DNA of 64,000 nucleotides from Bugula neritina. Lineage: Eukaryota; Animalia; Bryozoa. Position numbers and translations under genes: made by a program. Each line of letters begins with the position of its first letter. Position 1 is the stretch's first letter. The stretch lies in the NCBI GenBank assembly GCA_964035545.1, contig OZ037766.1, forward strand, positions 21,812,767 to 21,876,766. Reading direction: 5' to 3'. Under the pieces are notes generated by a model that was given only the letters and a program-made list of their open reading frames with translations, did no database searches and was not told the DNA's origin. Shown here in pieces: positions 12,439-22,111 of the stretch.

Positions 12439-13256
12439 ATATTCATAATTTATTCATTGACATTCAATTTCATGATTTCACTGACTATCAGTATCAGTGT
12501 GAGTCTTATTCAATCGTTGGATTCACATTTGCCTTTGGTGAAGCCTTACCAATGATGAGATTTCTTTAAGTTTAGGTTTGACTTCCTTTTTAGTTTGAGA
12601 TCCATCCATGATGACAATCACTAGAATTTGAAGGTGATGATTTTCAGCAATAATAGTTTACACTTACAGCAATGACTATTAGTTGGAATAGAATAAGTTT
12701 ACAACAGCCAGGGTTAGAGCGTACTCACGCCGTTGGTAACTATAGTAATATTATGCCGCTCGAAGTCGCAATAACCTCAACTAACGAGATGCTTTTACGC
12801 CCTTTAAACCTTCGACAAAAGGGCCTTGAAATCAGTGTGGTATATTAAGAGTGTTGACTTTAAACCATGAAAAATCATTATGTCGCTAATGGTACCGCAA
12901 GTTTATATAAGTTATAAAGGAAAAATTTTGCCACTTTTGTGATTTTATTTTTTTTTATTATATGTGTCCATTTTTTTAGTTTTGTTTATTGGTAAAGTTT
13001 TTAAACATATTTTCAATACATATAAAATTTTAAAAAAAATTAAAACTTAATCATGCACGTGAATACAAAGCTATAAAGTTTAAGCTTCGCTGTGATTACA
13101 ATGTGAATATGAATTGAATAATGCTTGCAATAACCATTTTACACAAAATACGTTGCAGTTGCTATAAATGTAAGACTAGTAAATTGGATGCAAATAGGCA
13201 CGGTAATACTATTTAATTTATGCTATTTTTGAAATTTGTAGTAAATATTCGGCATG

Positions 13257-13474
<218 letters not shown>

Positions 13475-13779
13475 TGTGGTGGTTCGTGGAACTACCAGCA
13501 GCACAACATGTAGGGTCGCGTAATTGACCCGGAACAATGGATAGCCAATTAGCGTAGTTGATAGTTAGCAGCAATTGTAGTTTCCCGCTGCTAACTCAGT
13601 CGAAGCTAGAGTGTGAAATAGATTAGATGTGTAACTTGTTTGGAGATAATGTATCGTTTTTATAATGTATAATTGTGTGTAAAATATACTCGTTCACTCG
13701 ACTTATCCTGGTGCAGTTCTATAGTAAATAAATAGACTCTCTGGATAGCACATCAACCCTAAATCTGAAAATCTTAACA
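13475..13779 (+). repeat. 5' LTR of element 2
   Basis: TG..CA direct repeat of 20679-20983. Confidence 0.95.
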
Positions 13780-13780
13780 G

Positions 13781-13798
13781 TGGTGGCAGCGGTGGGAT
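13781..13798 (+). promoter_or_regulatory. Primer-binding site, tRNA-Leu
   Basis: TGGTGGCAGCGGTGGGAT, identical to the element 1 PBS. Confidence 0.9.
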
Positions 13799-13810
13799 AG
13801 TGCATCCAAG

Positions 13811-14764
13811 ATGGAGACTGAAAATGCTGGAACTCAACCACCGGCAATCGAAGGTGAGCGTAGAGACAATGCTGTAGAGACAATGCCTGTTAACCATGTA
13901 GTAGAAGAGCGAAGGGTTCCGCGAGAACTAGCTGAGGACCGCTACAGGTTAAAGGCGCCCACCTTCACGGGTGAAGAGGAGGTGGAACAATTTATCCAAG
14001 AGTTTAGCGACGTAATGGACGTCGCTCAGTGGCCCCCTAGGGTGGCCTTGCTGAAGCTTAGAATGGCATTGATGGACAAAGCCAAGCCCTATGGGCTGGG
14101 CGTAGACATTGATAATATCTTTGCTTCTCTGCGGGCCCGCTTTGGCCTCTCTGCTACAGATGCCAGGGCCCGATTGCAGAGGTTGCGGCGTGATCCCCGC
14201 ACCCCGCTGCGGGAGCATGCCGCCGCGGTCATGAAGCTGGCACAGATCGCGTACAGCGACTTGCCCCCAGTCAACCGCGAGAGGTATACCCTCGACGCTT
14301 TCATAGCATCTGTCGACGATCTGGGTCTCCACCACCAGTTTCTAGCTAGGGGAGTCACCACCGTTGAAGATGCTCTGACTGAGGGGGAAGCTTACCTCCT
14401 AGCTAATCAAATGCATAAAAGTCGCGGAAGCTCCCGCCAAGTGGAGATAGACCGCGCAGACACGGCCGCGGGACAAGGGGAGGAAACCCCCGCCGCGGCT
14501 GCCGTGTCCCAGTTGGCGACGGCATCAAAAGTCACTCAACTGACGGACATGCTAGCCAAGCTGATAGCAACACTGACACCACAAAACCCAGTGAGTACCG
14601 CCCCTGAGCCCATGCGGCCATCGGCGCCGCCACAGGGAGAAACGGTCAGTTTTTGCTGGGAGTGCGGAAATCAAGGACATTTCCGCCGATATTGTCCCTT
14701 CCTAAATCAGGGGTTAAACTACCGCGGCCCGCAGATGTTCCCACCTCCTGCGGGCCGACGATGA
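13811..14764 (+). CDS. gag: Gag of element 2
   Basis: 317-aa ORF just after the PBS; capsid-like region homologous to element 1 Gag; zinc knuckle CWECGNQGHFRRYC. Confidence 0.9.
   Translation: METENAGTQPPAIEGERRDNAVETMPVNHVVEERRVPRELAEDRYRLKAPTFTGEEEVEQFIQEFSDVMDVAQWPPRVALLKLRMALMDKAKPYGLGVDIDNIFASLRARFGLSATDARARLQRLRRDPRTPLREHAAAVMKLAQIAYSDLPPVNRERYTLDAFIASVDDLGLHHQFLARGVTTVEDALTEGEAYLLANQMHKSRGSSRQVEIDRADTAAGQGEETPAAAAVSQLATASKVTQLTDMLAKLIATLTPQNPVSTAPEPMRPSAPPQGETVSFCWECGNQGHFRRYCPFLNQGLNYRGPQMFPPPAGRR
14713..14757 (+). promoter_or_regulatory. Candidate -1 ribosomal frameshift signal
   Basis: G_TTA_AAC in the gag frame (14713-14719), 5-nt spacer, perfect 10-bp stem CGGCCCGCAG/CTGCGGGCCG (14725-14734 / 14748-14757). 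Confidence 0.6.
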
Positions 14765-17700
14765 AACCTCCAGGGAAGAAGAAACGCAGGTCACCCAGAC
14801 GGGTACCGCAACCAACAGTGGCAACAGCCACGACGGTCCAGCAAGGGGCTTCGCCCCGCAGCTGCCTTTTCTATGCCCCTTCACAACAGATTCACAGGAC
14901 TACAAGTCCAAGAATCTGGATGGGAGCCCACAAAGGTAGCTGAGAATCTAGCCTCGGCACCCCCGAGGCCTACCTACCACCGCCCTAAGAGACCTCCTTC
15001 GCGACCCAAAGCGAGGGAGGTACTCCCTGCGAGAGTAAGGCCTGAAGGGAGAGTTCAGGTGCAGCCCCATGGGAACAGCTATTTCTTGCCCGGTAAACTG
15101 GAAGGCAAAGCTGTTACTTTCCTCATTGATTCGGGCTGTACCACAAACCTCTTAAGCCGCCAACTCTTCGACACCCTCAGTACTAGGGTCAGGGGCAAGA
15201 TGGAAGCATACGAAGGGGAATACGGCACCCTCGCTGACGGGTCATGTCTTCCTTTCTATGGTATAATTGAGCTGACGGGACGAGTCCGTGATCAAACGAT
15301 CCAAGAGACGTTCATCGTCAGTCAGCTCAAGGAGGATGCTATCCTCGGGATGCCGTTCCTTAAACGGCACGGATGTCACATAGATTTTAGCAGATCTGCA
15401 ATGATGATGTCCGGGCGGGAACTCGCCTGCGTCGACAAGTTCGGCCGCCCTTTAGTGGGAGGAGTGCAAGTGGTACGCAACCGTATCATACCGGGCCGCT
15501 CCCGGGCTACCATTCACTGCAGGGTGAATAGTAGCCGGATCTCTGGACTCGGGGTGGTTGAAGGCGCGCACGAAAAGATCTAACTTGCCAGCAGTCTGAA
15601 TCAGCTGACTGAGCAAGGGGAGATCTTAGTGCAGTGCGTCAACCCCTTTACCGAGCCTATCAAGCTCCCGGCTGGGTCGATGCTGGGCCGTTTTCACTCT
15701 GTTCAGGAGGGAGACGTAGGCCCGTCGCTGGGTGATGCGACGGAGGCACTCCCTCAGTGCCCTATTCAGGGACGAGGGGCAGTCCCAACACATCTCCGGG
15801 AGTTATACGAAACAGCCAGTGGCGGCTGCGCGAGTAACAGAGAACGCCAAGCTATGGCCAAGTTACTACGCGACTACGGTGATGTGTTCAGCAGCGGAGA
15901 GCATGACGTGGGACTGACTGGAATTGTCAGACACGAAATACCGCTGACTGCAGGGACAGTCCCTGTCCGGCAGCCCACACGCAGGCTGGGGCCGGAGAAA
16001 GAGAAGGAGGTTAGCCGACAAGTACGGGATCTTCTGGACCGGGGACTGATAGAGCCCGCCCATAGTGCGTGGAGCTCGCCAGTCGTACTGGTCCGGAAGA
16101 AAGACGGCAGTTGGCGGTTCTGTGTGGACTACCGCAAACTCAATAGCGTAACCATACAGGACGCCTACCCTCTACCTCGTATTGACGAGTCATTGGACGC
16201 CCTAGCCGGCAGCAAGTACTTCAGTACGTTAGACTTGCTAAGCGGCTATTGGCAGGTTCCTCTGAGTCCCGACGCCCAAGAGAAAGCGGCGTTTATCACA
16301 CGGGACGGGTTGTGGAAGTGGAAGGTGCTGCCCTTTGGGTTAACCTCCGCCCCAGCCACCTTCCAGAGGCTGATGGAACAAGTCCTTAGCGGACTCCATT
16401 GGAAGACACTGCTAGTCTACCTCGATGATGTCATCGTAATCTCTCCAGACTTCGAGACACATGTCAGTCGTCTGCAGGAGGTTTTCGAGAGACTCCGAGG
16501 TGCCGGTCTTAAGCTCAAACCTTCCAAGTGCGCTCTATTGCAGCCGGAGGTCAAGTATCTGGGGCACGTTGTCGGTCGAAACGGCGTGGCAACGGATCCC
16601 GAAAAGGTACGGGCAGTAGAAGACTGGGTCACCCCCCAAGACTTGACCGGACTCCGGGCTTTCTTGGGGCTGGTAGGGTATTACAGGCAATACATACCAG
16701 ACTTTGCGGGCATAGCCCAGCCGTTAAACCGGCTCACCGCAAAGGGAGTGACGTGGCAGTGGACTCCAGTCGAACAAAAAGTGTTCGACCGCCTCAAGGG
16801 CTGCCTACTAACGGCGCCCATCTTGGCCTACCCAGACCCCACTCTGGAGTACATCCTAGACACGGACGCCAGTGACCAAAATGTTGGCGCTGTGCTGTCA
16901 CAAGTGCAGGAAGGCCGAGAGGTAGTAGTAGCCTACTACAGCAAGTCTCTCTCACCCGCTGAACGAAATTACTGCACTACCCGCAAGGAGCTGCTGGCAG
17001 TAATCAAGTCAGTGAAGCACTTCAGACCCTACCTATACGGCAGGAAGTTCCGGCTGCGTACGGATCATGCCTCGCTGATCTGGTTGTGCAGGAGAGCAGA
17101 GCCCTCTAGTCAGGTCGCCCGGTGGCTCGAAATCCTAGCTGAATTCTCATACCGGATCGAACATCGACCGGGCAAGAGACACAGCAATGCGGATGGGTTG
17201 AGTCGCCGACCTGACGGAGGTTGCAAACAGTGTCTCAACATCGAGAGGAGGGATGGAGGTCCCCCGCGATGCGAGTTGGAGACGCTGGCTCATCACGGAG
17301 CACCGTTTGACTGGGATCAAGGTCAACTCAGGCAAAGAGTTGATGAGTCCCCGGAGGATGTACAAAACCTCCGCGCCAACCCTGTACTGGCCGGTAATGT
17401 TCGAGAGCTGAAGAAGCTCCAAGAAGAGCTGCCTGGAGTCGTGGCAGACATATACCGGGCCAAAAGGGAAGGGCGACGACCCAGCGAGGAACGCATACGA
17501 CAGGGATGCGCCGAGTTCCGGCTATACTGTCAGCGTTGGGACTCGCTGCGGATCGGGCAGGATGGGTTGTTAACCATCTCTCTAGCTGCCAGCGGCAGAC
17601 ACCCGGAAAGGAAGAGGGTAGTCTGCCCCACAGCCATCCGCCGTGAGTTGATTTGGGATACTCACAAGCAGGCTCACGCAGGGGTCAAGCGAGTGATGTC

Positions 17701-19278
17701 CAAATTACGACTTCGGTGGTATTGGCCACAAATGGAGCGTGATGTCCGGCTCAGAGTCAAACAGTGTGAGATCTGCCAGGCCAGTAAGCATAGCCGCCCC
17801 CCTGGTGAAGCAGGACGGCGGAGGCTATACGCTGGTAGGCCCTGGCAAGTAGTCGCTGTAGACCTGGTCGGACCCATGCCCCTGACCCCCAGAGGCAATA
17901 ATTGGATCCTAGTACTAACCGACCACTTTACTAGGTGGGCGGATGCTCTGGCTATCCCAGATGCATCAGCCCCAACAGTGGCCAGGGCACTAGACCAACA
18001 TGTATTCTGTTATTTTGGGCTTCCCGAACAGATACACTCTGATCAAGGCGCTCAATTCCAGTCTCAACTGATGAGCGACCTTTGCCGCCTCTGGGGAGTA
18101 AATCAGAGCAGGACCACCCCCTACCACCCTCAAGGTAACGGGGTGGTGGAGCGCAACAACCGGATGCTAGGTGATGCACTCCGGAGTCTCCTCCTTGGAC
18201 GAGGTCAAGAGGAATGGAATACGGTGTTGCCGCAAGTCATGCGTGCATACCGTAGCACCCCACACACCAGTACTGGTGAGACCCCAAACCTCTTGATGCT
18301 CGGGAGAGAGACTCGTGTCCCTGACCATCTCACCTATCACGTTCCAGAGCAAGATAACTCAGTCCACGAGTATGCCAGTGAACTAGTGGAACGGATGAAG
18401 GCCGCACACGATATACTGCGCCAACAGCAGTGGAAGGTGCGGCACGAAGATTCCGATGAACCACCTCTCTATCAAAGGGGAGATAAGGTGTGGATGGTCA
18501 ATTACCGTAGGCGCCGCGGACAGGCTGATAAGCTGAAGCCTAAGTTCGTAGGCCCCTACGTGGTCGTCGAGGCTATGCCCAATCATACGTACAAGATTGA
18601 GCGCTCAGGACAGGTGTCTATCCAGAATGAGTCTCGCTTGAAACCGTATTGGGCTAGCCCCGGCGGAGTGGGAGAAGCCCCCCCCCGTTATTAGAGCCCA
18701 GGAGGCAAACAACAACGCGCGGGCGACGGCGGCATGGACCTGAATACGAAGTGGTCATACCGCGGGAAGAAAACTTGGTGAGAGAGGAGCGGCAGCTTTT
18801 GTCAACAGAAGCGTGTCCGCCACCGCCAAGTCTAATTCCATCACTTCCAGAAACCGAACCGGTTCCGGAAGTGCAAACCCCCACGGAGGGAGGGGCTCCA
18901 TCCGGAGAACAAGAAGAGGTGACCGCTAACGGTGAAGTAGAGACGCCATTAGAGGCCCCTACTAACGAACCGGCAAGCGTGTCACCCCCCCTAGAAAGGG
19001 GACAGCGTACGAGGCAACCCCCCGCATACTTGAAGGACTTCGTATGTGACTGCGTTAAAAGCGGCACACATGAAAGTCTAGGGGAAAACCGTACGAGAAA
19101 AGAATCGAGCAAATGTGGGAGTTGTCAACACCACGGAAACATCAACTTTTGTATCGGCGGAAATAGAAACAAAATTCATCCGCCGGGTGCACAAAGTCTT
19201 AATCACGCACCCCAACCACGTTGCTCGATCTTTTCATACGCTGATGCAGTCAGGAGTAGACGTGTTTCTAAGCAGTAG
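14765..19278 (+). pseudogene. pol: Pol of element 2 (protease, RT, RNase H, integrase), disrupted
   Basis: FLIDSGC protease; TAA at 15581-15583 where element 1 has CAA; YLDD RT, DAS RNase H, DDE integrase, GPY; frameshift in the C-run 18678-18686; tail ending FSYADAVRSRRVSKQ. Confidence 0.93.
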
Positions 19279-19302
19279 TTCAAACCATTTCACACATTCA
19301 GT

Positions 19303-20380
19303 ATGTCTTACGACAACAGATCATGGGGTGAGTTAACTATATCTTAATACGAAACTAGATTGCATCGCTCAGCTCTGACTCACTGAGTCAATCGAGCTGG
19401 AGATAGGTTAGTGAAATACCGTAGTAAGAACTCAGTTTGACTTAGAGATTTTTATAATCTCATTGCAATACGTGTTCTATCTGACTATTCACTACCATTA
19501 ATCTCTACGAGGTAACTGAATTAGGAGTTGCCAAGCTGTTCAAGCTGACAACACAGCAGTGTACTGTATTAACACTGTTGAAACTTTTTCAGATTACACT
19601 CGACCCGCTACAACCAGGGTACGGGATAGAACACTTCCCGCTCCGTATCCGGAGGAGTATGCTAGTGGTGACCGGCCTGAGCCACTACGCCGCCGTTGGC
19701 GGTGGGTGTCTCCACAAACAGAGGAAGAAATAGAAACGGCCTGGGGGTCCAGAGGACGGACGAGATGCCAGATCTGTGGTGAAGATTGCGCCTCTCACCG
19801 CTCCCTTAAACTACACGTCAATGCTCATCTCCTACTAACATTCTGCCCCTGCGGGTACAATGATGTGTATCCCTACCCCGTCACCAGACACCGAGCGGCG
19901 GGCTGTTTCCCTGGAGAAAACTACGTGGTCGACGCTAAGCTATACCCGGAGTTCCTCACACTTATACGACCTCTGGTGAAGAAGGCCATGTTGTTAGCCG
20001 TTCTGTCCTCGGGGTTCCAACGTGTGTTAGACAACGCCCGCCAACAATCCCCGTTGGTGTCTGACCGTCCTCAAATTACATACACCCCCGAGGAAATTAC
20101 ATATCCAGAAGAAGGAGAGATCCCCCCTACACCGGCGAAGAGACGAACCAGGTCCCCCAGTCCACCCTTGCGCCGCAGACGGACACCGTCCCCAGACCCA
20201 GTACGCCTGGCTACAGTAGAAGAACGCCTCCTACGATTACAAGAAGAGTTCACCCAGCTGGCACCAGATCTACTTAACACTACAACAGGACTCTTCCAGC
20301 TAAAGGGATCCGTATGCCGTATGAAACGGAAACTGCGTACATGCCAAGCCAAGCACCGGCGTGCCCAACAAGGACTCTAG
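19303..20380 (+). CDS. Gypsy accessory ORF3, predicted spliced (19303-19327 joined to 19593-20380, 270 aa): C2H2 and C2HC zinc fingers, Arg/Ser/Pro-rich linker, coiled coil
   Basis: ATG at 19303, donor G|GTGAGT at 19327/19328, acceptor CTTTTTCAG| ending at 19592; the join is in frame. Homologous to element 1 ORF3. Confidence 0.7.
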
Positions 20381-20678
20381 TTAGACTACCCGGAGTACTC
20401 CAACTCCGCCTCTTGGGAGAAGCCAAGATGTCATGTAAATGTTTGACTGCTTAACAGGTTATCCCCTGTCTAACACCACAGCTAGCTAGTATTCCTCGTC
20501 TATCTACAGCTGGCCAATTGTATGCAACGGATCGTTACGATGACTCTGTCTATTATTATTATGTCTCTTCCTGTATATTATGTGTTATTTTTGTCCACTG
20601 ATGTATGCGGTTACTAATGAATGTTTTTTTTTTATATATATATATATCAGAAAGATGGCTTTCTGCTGGTGGGGGCGG

Positions 20679-20983
20679 TGTGGTGGTTCGTGGAACTACC
20701 AGCAGCACAACATGTAGGGTCGCGTAATTGACCCGGAACAATGGATAGCCAATTAGCGTAGTTGATAGTTAGCAGCAATTGTAGTTTCCCGCTGCTAACT
20801 CAGTCGAAGCTAGAGTGTGAAATAGATTAGATGTGTAACTTGTTTGGAGATAATGTATCGTTTTTATAATGTATAATTGTGTGTAAAATATACTCGTTCA
20901 CTCGACTTATCCTGGTGCAGTTCTATAGTAAATAAATAGACTCTCTGGATAGCACATCAACCCTAAATCTGAAAATCTTAACA
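20679..20983 (+). repeat. 3' LTR of element 2
   Basis: Direct repeat of 13475-13779. Confidence 0.95.
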
Positions 20984-21193
20984 ATATATTATAATAATAT
21001 ATTATATAATATAATAATATAATATATTATTATATTATATATTATATTATATATATTATATATATATATAATATCATATAAAATATATTATTATATTATA
21101 TTATTTACAAAATATATATATATATTATAATAATATATTATATATTATTATATATTATATTATTATATATATATTATACAAGTATAATAATAT

Positions 21194-21225
<32 letters not shown>

Positions 21226-21736
21226 TATAATAATATATATATATATATTAGAATAATATATTATATATTATTATATTATATATTATATCATATATATATT
21301 ATATATATATAATATCATATGAAATATATTATTATATTATATTATTTATAATATATATATATATATTATAATATATATATATATATTATAATATATATTA
21401 TATATTATTATATATTATATTATATTATACATATATATATTATACAAGTATAATAATATTATATATAATATATATATATTATAATAATATATATATATAT
21501 TTTAATAATATATTATATATTTTTATATTATATATTATATTATATATATATATATATTTTAATAATATATTATATATTTTTATATTATATATTATATTAT
21601 ATATATATAATATCATATATAATACATTATTATATTATATATGATATATATATATATATTATAATAATATATTATACATTAATATATCATATATTATATA
21701 TATATAATAATATCATATATAATATATATATATATA
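20984..21736. repeat. AT-only degenerate microsatellite/minisatellite tract
   Basis: Almost exclusively A/T with recurring TATAATAATATATTATAT-like units. Confidence 0.9.
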
Positions 21737-21825
21737 CCAAGAGCTGTACCAGTTTACACTACGGACCCCAGCATCCAAGGACTGATGGCAATGATGTACT
21801 GTAGAGAAGTTCCCATCAGTCAAGA

Positions 21826-21895
21826 CTTCATACTAACCTCCAAGCGGTCACCACTGGTAACTGGGTGTAGATACACCCAGGCTAATAGTATGAGG
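21826..21895 (+). ncRNA. HDV-like self-cleaving ribozyme core in the RTE 5' UTR (5' P1 strand not found)
   Basis: P2 CTTCATACTA/TAGTATGAGG, P3 ACC/GGT, L3 TCCAAGC, P1 3' strand CACCACT, P1.1 GG, P4 CTGGGTGT/ACACCCAG, J4/2 GCTAA. Confidence 0.8.
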
Positions 21896-22111
21896 ATCTA
21901 TGGGTTGATCACCCAGACAACAATCCATCCAGAAACGTGACACTCTGAGAGGGCGAATTACTCGGCCAGTCACTGCGACTACTGAACTGCTGTGCTCGTC
22001 CTGGACACTCCTTGCCAGCACAGCGTACTTCTTTAGTGGAGAGGGGTGCTTAAGCAACTGACAAAACCCTAAGTATCCTTAAACTTCTTGTCAGCATAAC
22101 CCGATTGAATC

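Larger units (their letters stand above)
13475..20983 (+). mobile_element. Ty3/Gypsy LTR retrotransposon, full length (element 2)
   Basis: 305-bp LTRs 13475-13779 and 20679-20983, identical by eye. TSD ATAT. tRNA-Leu PBS 13781-13798. Gag with CCHC knuckle, PR, RT, RNase H, IN, ORF3. Confidence 0.97.
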
